Shown here: in pieces, positions 1-7,885 of the stretch
How the letters are laid out: the number at the start of each line of letters is the position of its first letter
How positions within the stretch are numbered: the stretch's first letter is position 1
NCBI GenBank assembly: GCA_027340875.1
Contig: DAIENX010000085.1
Span: forward strand, 1 to 38,815
Reading direction: 5' to 3'
Origin: Elusimicrobiota bacterium
Lineage (GTDB): Bacteria > Elusimicrobiota > Elusimicrobia > Elusimicrobiales > UBA9959
Length of the DNA stretch: 38,815 nt
Made by a program: the position numbers and the translations under genes
Notes under the pieces: generated by a model
The model's database searches: none
Seen by the model: the letters and a program-made list of their open reading frames with translations, nothing else
What the model was told of the DNA's origin: nothing

Positions 1-182
1 TGGGCCGCCGGATGGCGTGTTCCATCTTCGTCAAGAACGGCTGCACGCTGCACGGCCTCGGCCTGGGCGAAGGCTACGCCTCCATGTCCATCGGCACCCC
101 GACGGGAGACGGCATAACCAAGACCAGCCATTTCGTGCGCCCGCTGCAGTGCAGCGTGGTCGGAGATCTGAGAATAGCTTAA
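1..182 (+). CDS. C-terminal fragment of BMC-associated CoA-acylating aldehyde dehydrogenase (EutE/PduP-like); 5' truncated by window
   Basis: Frame from nt 3 reads GRRMACSIFVKNGCTLHGLGLGEGYASMSIGTPTGDGITKTSHFVRPLQC...IA*, stop TAA 180-182. Resembles the EutE/PduP C-terminal IFVKNG..GLG.GEG..TPTGEG motif; BMC context. Not in the ORF track. Confidence 0.85.
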   Translation, partial: GRRMACSIFVKNGCTLHGLGLGEGYASMSIGTPTGDGITKTSHFVRPLQCSVVGDLRIA

Positions 183-191
183 GGAGTTAAT

Positions 192-740
192 ATGCAGGCG
201 AACATAGCGGTCGGTCTGATCGAAACTTCCTCGATAGCCAAGGGCATCGAGTCGCTCGACGCGATGTGCAAGGCCGCCGGCGTGAAGCCGGAGGTGCACC
301 TGCCCATCTCCAAGGGAAAATACATCATAGTCCTCTCCGGTCCCGTAGGCGAGGTCGAGGCCGCCCTCTCGCGGGGTATCGAGATCGCCGGCGATACTGT
401 GCTGGCCAAGCATATCATACGCAACGTGCATTCTGGCGCGCTGGCCGCCCTCAACAAGAAGGTGAAGCCCGATAAGATAGAGGCCGTCGGCATAGTGGAG
501 ACCAAGGAAGCGCTGCCCGCGCTCTTCGCCGCGGACGCCGCGGCCAAGGCCGCCTTCGTGCACGTCGCCGAGGTCAACACCGGCAAGGGCATAGGCGGCA
601 AAGGCTACTTCACCGTAGTGGGCGAGCCGGGCGCGGTGCGTACCGCGGTCGCCGCCGGCGTGAAGGCCATCGGCGAGGACGCCGTGGTCAGCCGCATAGT
701 GATACCGAACGCCCACGAGCATCTGGGCGCGGCGATATAA
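192..740 (+). CDS. Tandem-domain BMC shell protein (BMC-T, PduT-like)
   Basis: Two BMC domains (AVGLIET...D.MCKAA; AVGIVET...AADAAAKAA...GIGGKGY...VIPNAH); RBS AAGGAG at 181-186. Confidence 0.9.
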   Translation: MQANIAVGLIETSSIAKGIESLDAMCKAAGVKPEVHLPISKGKYIIVLSGPVGEVEAALSRGIEIAGDTVLAKHIIRNVHSGALAALNKKVKPDKIEAVGIVETKEALPALFAADAAAKAAFVHVAEVNTGKGIGGKGYFTVVGEPGAVRTAVAAGVKAIGEDAVVSRIVIPNAHEHLGAAI

Positions 741-750
741 AGGGGAATTT

Positions 751-1197
751 ATGAGGATCGTCATAGGCGCGGACCACGCTGGCTTCGAGGCGAAGGAGAA
801 GCTGAAGAAGTTCCTCCAGGGCCTGGGGCATGAGGTGACGGATTTCGGCTGCTACTCCGTTGAGCCGGTGGATTTCCCGGACGTGGCGCTGCTGGTAGGC
901 GAGGCCGTGCGCAAGCGCGAGTTCGACAAGGGGGTGCTGGTGGACGGCTTCAACGGCGCGATGCCGCTGGCCGCCAACAAGATCCCCGGCATCCGCGCGG
1001 TAGGCGCGTACGACACTATCTCGGCCCGCTTCGCGGCCGCCCACGAGGACTGCAACGTGCTGTGCCTCGGAGGCAAGACGCACGGCGAGCTGGCGCTGCA
1101 GGAGATGCTGAAGGTCTGGCTCAACACCCCTTTCGAGGGCGGCAAGTACCAGAAGCGCCTGGACAAGATAACGGCTATAGAGCAGAGGTGCTGCTGA
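751..1197 (+). CDS. rpiB: RpiB/LacA-LacB family sugar-phosphate isomerase with atypical active site
   Basis: MRIVIGADHAGF, AANKIPGIRA, NVLCLG, FEGG motifs; the usual CGTG is DGFN here. Confidence 0.85.
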   Translation: MRIVIGADHAGFEAKEKLKKFLQGLGHEVTDFGCYSVEPVDFPDVALLVGEAVRKREFDKGVLVDGFNGAMPLAANKIPGIRAVGAYDTISARFAAAHEDCNVLCLGGKTHGELALQEMLKVWLNTPFEGGKYQKRLDKITAIEQRCC

Positions 1198-1204
1198 GGT
1201 ACCG

Positions 1205-1501
1205 ATGAAGCAGGCAAAGGTCATAGGAAGGGTATTCTGCTCCCGCCAGTGCTGCGGCATGGAGCAGAAGACGCTCCTGCTGATACAGCCTCTGGACTGG
1301 GAGACCGACAAGCCTTCCGGCGAGCCGCTCGTGGCAGGGGATACCGTGGGCTCCGGAGCCGGAGAAAAGGTCTTCTTCGTGGCCTCGCGCGAGGCTATCG
1401 TGGCCTTCGAGGGCTGGGAGGGGGAAACGGCCACCGGGACGCCGCTGCCGCCGGTGGACGCCGCGATAGTCGGGATCATAGACGGGAAAAATATCCGCTA
1501 A
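1205..1501 (+). CDS. BMC vertex protein (BMC-P, EutN/CcmL family)
   Basis: AKVIGRV...LVAGDTVGSGAGEKV...PVDAAIVGIID signature. Confidence 0.92.
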   Translation: MKQAKVIGRVFCSRQCCGMEQKTLLLIQPLDWETDKPSGEPLVAGDTVGSGAGEKVFFVASREAIVAFEGWEGETATGTPLPPVDAAIVGIIDGKNIR

Positions 1502-1504
1502 TTT

Positions 1505-1780
1505 ATGTTCGTAGCTAAAGTGATAGGGAACGTCTGGGCCACCCGCAAGCATCCGGGGCTGGTCGGCGCCACGCTGCTGCTGGTGAAGGCACTCGGGTCC
1601 GACGGCAAACCCGCCGGCGAGGCGCAGCTGGCGCTGGACGGCGGCCAGGGGGCCGGCCCGGGAGATACCGTGCTGGTGCTGGACGAGGGCGGCTCGGCCC
1701 GCAAGATACTCAAGAATTCCAAGGCGCCGGTGCGCACGGTGATCGCCGGCATAGTCGATAAGGTGCATTTAGGAGACTAG
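1505..1780 (+). CDS. BMC vertex protein (BMC-P, EutN/CcmL family), second paralog
   Basis: [15 protein letters not shown]...[16 protein letters not shown]...IAGIVD signature. Confidence 0.93.
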   Translation: MFVAKVIGNVWATRKHPGLVGATLLLVKALGSDGKPAGEAQLALDGGQGAGPGDTVLVLDEGGSARKILKNSKAPVRTVIAGIVDKVHLGD

Positions 1781-1782
1781 TC

Positions 1783-2763
1783 ATGAACGACGAGGACATA
1801 AAGAAGATAGCCGCGGAAGTGGCCAGGATCATGAAAGAGAAGGAGGGCGGCGCGCCGGCCAGGAAGATGCCGGGCGATTCCGTCTCCATCGGCACGGCCG
1901 GCAAGGTGTTCCAGCATCCGCTGGTGAACAAGCCCGGCGCCGAGGCGAAGAAGCAGTGTTCCGGCGGTGACTGCCGTCTTGAGGACAATACCTGCAGCTC
2001 CTCCTGCCAGAGCTGCAACCCGCTGAACAGCTACACGCCGCAGCAGATAAAGGCCAGCGCGGACCGGGTCAGCTTCTGCAACCCCAACGAGGCCAGCACC
2101 TCCATCGCCGGCATGATAGACCACACCCTGCTGAAGGCCAACGCCACGCAGGAGGAGATAGGCAAGCTCTGCGAGGAGGCGCGCAAGTACCGCTTCGCCT
2201 CGGTCTGCGTGAATCCCGGCTACGTGGCCCTGGCGTCCAGGCTTCTGCGCGGCTCCTGCGTCAAGGTCTGCACCGTGATAGGCTTCCCGCTCGGCTCCAC
2301 GACCCCCACCGTGAAGGCAATAGAGGCCCGCGACGCGATGGCCAACGGAGCGGACGAGATAGACATGGTCATAAACATCGGCGCGCTGAAGAGCGGCAAC
2401 GACCAGCTCGTGCTCGACGATATCAAGGCCGTCCGCGAAGCCACCCGCGGCAAGTGCCTGAAGGTCATCCTCGAGACCTCGTACCTGACCAACGACGAAA
2501 AGGTCCGCGCCTGCAGGATGTCGAAGCAGGCGCAGGCCGACTTCGTGAAAACTTCCACCGGCTTCGGCTCCGGCGGCGCGACCCCCGAGGACGTCGCTCT
2601 GATGAGGCAGACCGTCGGCCCGGAGATGGGCGTGAAGGCCTCCGGCGGCATCAAGAACGCAGAGGTGGCGGCCGCCATGGTGAAGGCCGGCGCTACCCGC
2701 CTGGGCACGAGCGCCAGCATAGCGATAGTTTCCGGCGGCGAAGCCGCCAAAGGGCAGTATTGA
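1783..2763 (+). CDS. deoC: Deoxyribose-phosphate aldolase with ~100-aa N-terminal extension (encapsulation-peptide-like helix plus Cys-rich linker)
   Basis: [51 protein letters not shown] all intact; N-terminus [18 protein letters not shown]. Confidence 0.95.
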   Translation: MNDEDIKKIAAEVARIMKEKEGGAPARKMPGDSVSIGTAGKVFQHPLVNKPGAEAKKQCSGGDCRLEDNTCSSSCQSCNPLNSYTPQQIKASADRVSFCNPNEASTSIAGMIDHTLLKANATQEEIGKLCEEARKYRFASVCVNPGYVALASRLLRGSCVKVCTVIGFPLGSTTPTVKAIEARDAMANGADEIDMVINIGALKSGNDQLVLDDIKAVREATRGKCLKVILETSYLTNDEKVRACRMSKQAQADFVKTSTGFGSGGATPEDVALMRQTVGPEMGVKASGGIKNAEVAAAMVKAGATRLGTSASIAIVSGGEAAKGQY

Positions 2764-2778
2764 ACTCTGACTGGAGGA

Positions 2779-2893
2779 CGGACGGGCAGTTGCCCCGAAC
2801 GCCCGTTGGGGAGGGGAGGCTCCAGCCGCTTCGGCTGGAGGGGAACCGCGCAACGGTTCCCTGCAGTCCGGGCGGGCGGGACAACTGCCCGGC
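2779..2893 (+). other. Structured intergenic element A (candidate cis-regulatory RNA or palindromic repeat)
   Basis: Outer stem 2783-2797/2877-2891 encloses hairpins 2820-2840 and 2841-2861; homologous to 27341-27475 on the minus strand. Confidence 0.6.
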
Positions 2894-2947
2894 CGGTTCC
2901 CCGCGGTGGGAATTCGCAGTGTAAGTGTTTCTCAAAGGAGAACTGAT

Positions 2948-3244
2948 ATGGCTGAACCTAAAGAAGCGCTGGGCATGATAGAGACCAAGGGTTTCATCGG
3001 CATGATCGAGGCGTCGGACGCCATGAGCAAGGCCGCCAAGGTGCGCCTGCTCGGCTACGAGAAGATCGGCTCCGGCTATATGACCACGCTGTGCGTGGGC
3101 GAGGTCGGCGCCGTGCGCGCCGCCGTAGAGGCGGGCGCGGCCGCCGCCCAGAAAGTGGGCGAGCTCGTGGGGATGCACGTGATACCGCGCCCCGCGGACG
3201 ACCTGGACAAGTACCTGGCCAGGATCTCGGTAAAAGTCGGCTGA
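2948..3244 (+). CDS. BMC hexamer shell protein (BMC-H, PduA/EutM-like)
   Basis: [10 protein letters not shown]...DAMSKAA...KIGSG...[13 protein letters not shown]...HVIPRP. Start set at ATG 2948, after RBS AAAGGAG (2934-2940). Confidence 0.95.
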   Translation: MAEPKEALGMIETKGFIGMIEASDAMSKAAKVRLLGYEKIGSGYMTTLCVGEVGAVRAAVEAGAAAAQKVGELVGMHVIPRPADDLDKYLARISVKVG

Positions 3245-3333
3245 ACTGCCCGGCGGCTTTCGGCCCGGCGGTCCTTAAGGTGTCGCACCTTTAGCCGTCC
3301 TGGCGTCCAGCTGCCCGGTAGCCAAGCCTTTTC

Positions 3334-3579
3334 ATGCTTACCAAGGGCGCGGTAGAGGATATCATCGTCGAGCATCTTTCCCGGAAGGCCGGGACGGGCC
3401 CGGCCGCCGCGCCCAGGAGAGTCCCCGGCCTGCGGAAAAAGGTCTTTCTTAGCGACTGGGAGGTGCGGCGCCTGTACAAGGCCGGCAGCCGCAGCCTCAG
3501 GGTACCGGCCGACGCTATCGTCAGCCCTCTGTCCATGGACTGGCTCGACTTCAACGGCGTAGAGATAATCCGTGAATGA
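3334..3579 (+). CDS. Small BMC accessory protein (encapsulation-peptide-like helix plus 'AIVSPL' domain)
   Basis: N-terminal amphipathic AVEDIIVEHLSR. C-terminal FLSDWEV...VPADAIVSPLSMDWL...GVEII resembles the small 'AIITPLA.D' domain I recall from BMC-locus proteins. Confidence 0.6.
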   Translation: MLTKGAVEDIIVEHLSRKAGTGPAAAPRRVPGLRKKVFLSDWEVRRLYKAGSRSLRVPADAIVSPLSMDWLDFNGVEIIRE

Positions 3580-3614
3580 CTTCTTTTTCCCAAAGTTCAT
3601 ACCAGGAGATACAA

Positions 3615-5078
3615 ATGCGTAAATTACACACCTTGCTTCTTATCCCGGCGCTGCTAGCCGCGCTCTGGGCGCCGCTGGCCGCCCAGGAAGAGCCGGACCC
3701 GCTCGAGGAGACGGTGGCCGCCGTGGAGAAGCAGGCCGCTTCCGAGACCCCGGCCGCGGAGATATCGGTGGAGCCGGCCGCGAAGCCGGCCGGGCCAGCG
3801 GACGAAAAGAAGGCCCAGCCGAAACCGCAGGCGCAGGAGGAGGACAAGAAGCCGGCGCCCGTGCTGCCGGTCTGGAACGTTACTTCCGCTCCCGCCGACT
3901 CGGAGTGGGCTTTTCTGCGTGACGCGGTCCAGGACGATTCAAAGGACGCCGCCGAACTGCTGCTGCCCCAGCTGGACGACTGGCTGGCTCGCAACCCGGT
4001 CCACGCCGCGGCGGCCGATGCCCAGCTGCTGAAGGCCAGGTTGCACGAGAGGCTGGGGGACCACGGGTTCGCTCTGGTCGCCCTCCTCAAGCACCTGCAG
4101 CTTTACCCCGGCTCCGCCTCCTCCGCGGAAGCGCGCAAGATGTTCGACGAGCTGCTGGCTTCCAAGGGCGACAAGAAGACAAGGCCGGTGATGGAGAAGG
4201 CGGCGGCCGCCCCGGAGACCGCCGCGCCTGATTTCAACCTGGCGTTCCTGCTGCGCAGGCTCTCCTCCGAGGCCGGGACGGAGTATTACGAGCCTCTGCT
4301 GGCCGAGTTCCGGGCCTTCTTCGACAGGTTCCCGTCCTACCCGGCCAACGACGAGATGCGGATGGCCCTGGCGGACCTTCACGCGCTCAACCGCGGTTAT
4401 CTGGCCGCCAGCCTGACCTACCGGAAGCTGGTGACCATGCACCCTTCCAGCCCGCTTATGGCCAGGGCGAAGCTCTCGCTGGCCGACGTGCTGGCCGACA
4501 AGCTCAAGGAATATGACAAGGCCATAGACGTCTACCTCGATATCACGGCCTCGTTCCCCGGCTCTGACCAGGCCTGGGCGGCCTATATGCGCCTGCCGGA
4601 GCTGGCCGAGAAGCGCAAGAAATACGACGTCGCGGTCGACGCGTACGAGAAGATCATCGCCCTTTACCCCGACAAGGAGGAGTCCTACAAGTCCTTCGTC
4701 TCGGAGGCCAAGCTGCTGCGGGACAGGATGGACAAATTCGCGGAGGCCATCGCCGTCCTCAACAGGCTGGCGGACAAATATAAGGATTCCCGCGGAGCGG
4801 CTGGCGTGGACGCCCTGCTGGAGGCCGCCGACATCTACAGGAAGGACATGAAGGACGCCGCCGGCGAGGTCTCGATGTACGACCGCCTCGCCGCCGACTT
4901 CCCCAAGGACCCCGAGGCTCCCAAGGCGCTCTACGCGGCCGGCGAGGTGTTCTACAAGGCCAAGGATTCCGAGAAGGCCAGGGCCTATTACCAGAAGATA
5001 CTGGAGCTCTACCCCGAGGACGGCATGTCCAGGAAGGCGGAGAAGCGGATAGCGGCGATAATGTCGGGGAAATACTGA
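3615..5078 (+). CDS. Secreted tetratricopeptide-repeat protein (BamD/CpoB-like repeats)
   Basis: RBS AGGAG then ATG 3615; signal peptide MRKLHTLLLIPALLAALWAPLAA; repeated 'A...Y..I...YP.S' TPR units. Confidence 0.85.
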   Translation: MRKLHTLLLIPALLAALWAPLAAQEEPDPLEETVAAVEKQAASETPAAEISVEPAAKPAGPADEKKAQPKPQAQEEDKKPAPVLPVWNVTSAPADSEWAFLRDAVQDDSKDAAELLLPQLDDWLARNPVHAAAADAQLLKARLHERLGDHGFALVALLKHLQLYPGSASSAEARKMFDELLASKGDKKTRPVMEKAAAAPETAAPDFNLAFLLRRLSSEAGTEYYEPLLAEFRAFFDRFPSYPANDEMRMALADLHALNRGYLAASLTYRKLVTMHPSSPLMARAKLSLADVLADKLKEYDKAIDVYLDITASFPGSDQAWAAYMRLPELAEKRKKYDVAVDAYEKIIALYPDKEESYKSFVSEAKLLRDRMDKFAEAIAVLNRLADKYKDSRGAAGVDALLEAADIYRKDMKDAAGEVSMYDRLAADFPKDPEAPKALYAAGEVFYKAKDSEKARAYYQKILELYPEDGMSRKAEKRIAAIMSGKY

Positions 5079-5079
5079 G

Positions 5080-6171
5080 ATGCCCTGCAAACTGGGAGTC
5101 ATCGAAGGTTTCTACGGCGAGCCCTGGAGCTGGGGGGCGAGGGCCGATTACGCCGCGTTCCTGAGGAAGCACGGCTTCTCTTTCTATATCTATGCCCCGA
5201 AGGGCGATCACTTCCTGCGCAGGAAGTGGCGCGAGCCGTTCCCGAAGGTGCATGAAGAAAAACTGGCGAAGGTCGCCGCGCAATGCCACTCCGCCGGCAT
5301 AGAGTTCGGCATAGGTCTCAGTCCCTTCGAGATATATCTCTCCCAGTTCGACCTGAACGCGAAGAAGAAGCTGCAGGAGCGGCTGGACGTCTTCAACAGG
5401 ATAGGTGCGGACAAGCTCTGCCTGCTGATGGACGACATGAAGGGGGACATCCCGGACCTGGCCGCCCGTCAGGCGGAGATAGTCAACTGGGCCGCTGCCC
5501 GTTCCAAGGCGCGGCAGCTGGTCTTCTGCCCCACGTATTATTCCGCGGACCCGGTGCTGGAGAAGCTGTTCGGCAAGATCCCGGACGGCTATCTGGAGAA
5601 GCTGGGCAAGGAACTGGACAAGAAGGTCAGCATATTCTGGACCGGCGACCAGGTATGCTCCGCCTCGTATTCCGCGGACGGGCTGAAGGCCCTTTCGGAG
5701 AGGCTGGGCCGCAAAGCCTTTCTATGGGACAACTACCCTGTCAACGACGGTCCTAAGATGTGCGGTTTCCTGCACCTGCGCGGCGTAACCGGCCGTCCTC
5801 CGGAAATGGGCGGCTGGCTGGAGGGGCACGCGGCCAATCCGATGAACCAGGCGGCCCTCTCGAAGATACCGCTGCTGACCCTACAGGGATCCTGCCAGAA
5901 GGACGCCGCGTACGATCCGGTGAAGGCCTTCAGGAAAGCCGCCCGCATGGTGACCTGCCACGAAATGGCGGAACTGCTGGAACGCGATCTGGAGGCTTTC
6001 TGCGACAGGGGATTGGACGCCCTTTCGGCGGACGAGAAGGCCGCGTTCAGGGACGACTACTCTCCGTTCCTCGAGGAACATGAGAACGACACCGCCCGCG
6101 CGGCCAGGGAGCTATTGGACTGGCTGGCCGGGAAGTATGCCGTCAGAAGGGAGATGATAGTGGCCCAGTAG
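5080..6171 (+). CDS. GH84 beta-N-acetylglucosaminidase (O-GlcNAcase/hyaluronidase family)
   Basis: GVIEGFYGEPWS, YIYAPK, catalytic MDD, CPTYY, FWTG, WDNYPVND, NPMNQ motifs. Confidence 0.92.
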   Translation: MPCKLGVIEGFYGEPWSWGARADYAAFLRKHGFSFYIYAPKGDHFLRRKWREPFPKVHEEKLAKVAAQCHSAGIEFGIGLSPFEIYLSQFDLNAKKKLQERLDVFNRIGADKLCLLMDDMKGDIPDLAARQAEIVNWAAARSKARQLVFCPTYYSADPVLEKLFGKIPDGYLEKLGKELDKKVSIFWTGDQVCSASYSADGLKALSERLGRKAFLWDNYPVNDGPKMCGFLHLRGVTGRPPEMGGWLEGHAANPMNQAALSKIPLLTLQGSCQKDAAYDPVKAFRKAARMVTCHEMAELLERDLEAFCDRGLDALSADEKAAFRDDYSPFLEEHENDTARAARELLDWLAGKYAVRREMIVAQ

Positions 6172-6186
6172 CGACAGCGGCGGATG

Positions 6187-6220
6187 AAAAAACGGCGGGC
6201 ATCTTGCCCGCCGTTTTTCT
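6187..6220. terminator. Bidirectional intrinsic terminator
   Basis: AAAAAACGGCGGGCA-TCT-TGCCCGCCGTTTTT between convergent genes. Confidence 0.85.
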
Positions 6221-6236
6221 TTGCCTCAGGAGGCGG

Positions 6237-6650
6237 TTATCGCCACTCTTCAAGCGTGCATTCGTACTTCTCGTTGGTGTTGGTGCAGGAGACCTTCTTT
6301 ACCGACTGGGAGAGGCTGGGGTCGTCCTCGGACGGGTAGATGCCGTGGTCGTAGAGGGCGTCTATTATCTTGCCGGCGGCGTCCTGGTGGACTATCAGCT
6401 TCTCGGTCCCGTTGACGTTGACGAACAGGGAGCAGGCCTCGTACATCTCCGAGACGCAGGAGAGCGAGCGCACCGAGATGGTGTCTGAGGCCCCGTTCAC
6501 GGTATGGATCTGGATATCCTCCAGCTTGCCCATCAGGTCCAGGGCCTTCCAGAGCTTGCGGGCGGGGTCGCCGTTGGACTGCATGCGCGCGGCGGCTGCC
6601 GCCGCCGCCAGGGCGGCTATCACGGTAACGGCCAAGAACAGTTTTTTCAT
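6237..6650 (-). CDS. Hypothetical secreted protein with 4 Cys
   Basis: Signal peptide MKKLFLAVTVIAALAAAAAA; RBS-like AAGGA upstream; ends at a terminator. Confidence 0.75.
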   Translation of the reverse strand: MKKLFLAVTVIAALAAAAAAARMQSNGDPARKLWKALDLMGKLEDIQIHTVNGASDTISVRSLSCVSEMYEACSLFVNVNGTEKLIVHQDAAGKIIDALYDHGIYPSEDDPSLSQSVKKVSCTNTNEKYECTLEEWR

Positions 6651-6677
6651 CGGTATCCTTCCTTATCGTCCGCGGAG

Positions 6678-7868
6678 TTAGATTATACCAAGTTCGCGAC
6701 CGACCTTGCGGAACTTCTCTACAGCGAACTTCAGGTCCTTCAGCTTGTGTCCGGCGGTGACTATCGTGCGCAGCCGCTCCTTGCCGCGGGGGACCGTCGG
6801 ATAGCCGATCGAGAGCGCGAACACCCCTTCCTCGAAGAGCATCTTCGAGAACTTCACGGCCTTCTCCGTGTCGCCTACCATTATCGGCGTGATAGGGGTG
6901 ACGGAGCTGCCTGTGTCGAAGCCGGCCTTCTTTAGCTCCTCCTTGAAGAAGGCGGTGTTGTCCCAGAGCTTCTTGAGGTACTTCGGCTCGTTCAGCAGGA
7001 TGTCCAGCACCGCGATGCAGGTGGCCGCCACCGACGGCGGCTGCGAGCTGGAGAACAGGAACGGCCTGGCCACCGAGCCGAGGTAGTCGCGCAGGCTCCT
7101 CGTTGTGGCGGCGTAGCCGCCCACGGCGGCGAAGGCCTTGGATAGCGTGCCGATCTGGATCTCCACCTTGCCGTCCAGGCCGAAGTGGCTGACCGTGCCG
7201 CGCCCCTCCTTGCCTATCACGCCGCTGGCGTGAGCGTCGTCCACCATGACGAAAGCGCCGTACTTGTGGGCGACGGCTACGACCTCGTCCAGGTTGGCGA
7301 TGTCCCCGTCCATCGAAAAGACGCCGTCGGTCACCACCAGCTTGCGGCGGGCCTTACGGGCTTCCGGCGACTCCAGGATCTCGGTCAGGTGCTTCATGTC
7401 CTTGTGTCGGTAGATCTTGCGGGGGGCCTTGGCCAGGCGCGCGCCGTCTATGATTGATGCGTGGTTGAGTTCGTCGGAGATCAGCAGGTCCTCCTCGGAG
7501 GACATCAGCGACTGGCAGACCGCCACGTTGGAGGTGAAGCCGGACTGGAAGAGTATCGAGGCCTCCGCGTGCTTGAAGGCCGCGAACTTCTCCTCGAGCT
7601 CGGTGTGCAGCGACATCGTGCCGATGATGGTGCGGACGGCCGCGGAGCCTACGCCGTACTTCTTTATCGCGTCGATGGCCGCCTTCTTCACTTTGGCGTT
7701 GTCCGCCAGGGCCAGGTAGTTGTTGGAGGTCAGGTTCACGACCTCCTTGCCGTCTATCACGGAGACCGGGGCCTGCGCGGACTGCAGCACGCGCGGCTGG
7801 ATGAGGCGGTTCTCCTTCCTGAGGGCGGCCACTTCCTCGTCCGCGAATTTCAGCGTGTCGAAGGTCAT
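6678..7868 (-). CDS. kbl: Glycine C-acetyltransferase (2-amino-3-ketobutyrate CoA ligase; BioF/Kbl family)
   Basis: SNNYLAL, SDELNHASIIDG, TDGVFSMDGD, DDAH, GTLSKA (PLP Lys), RLRT. Start ATG 7868 after AAGGAG; downstream of a tdh-like gene. Confidence 0.88.
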   Translation of the reverse strand: MTFDTLKFADEEVAALRKENRLIQPRVLQSAQAPVSVIDGKEVVNLTSNNYLALADNAKVKKAAIDAIKKYGVGSAAVRTIIGTMSLHTELEEKFAAFKHAEASILFQSGFTSNVAVCQSLMSSEEDLLISDELNHASIIDGARLAKAPRKIYRHKDMKHLTEILESPEARKARRKLVVTDGVFSMDGDIANLDEVVAVAHKYGAFVMVDDAHASGVIGKEGRGTVSHFGLDGKVEIQIGTLSKAFAAVGGYAATTRSLRDYLGSVARPFLFSSSQPPSVAATCIAVLDILLNEPKYLKKLWDNTAFFKEELKKAGFDTGSSVTPITPIMVGDTEKAVKFSKMLFEEGVFALSIGYPTVPRGKERLRTIVTAGHKLKDLKFAVEKFRKVGRELGII

Positions 7869-7885
7869 AGTTGTCTCCTTGGCGC

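Noticed and set aside
3615..5078. TPR protein as an O-GlcNAc transferase partner of the GH84
   Set aside because: It has a signal peptide and no GT41 catalytic domain; TPRs run to the C-terminus.
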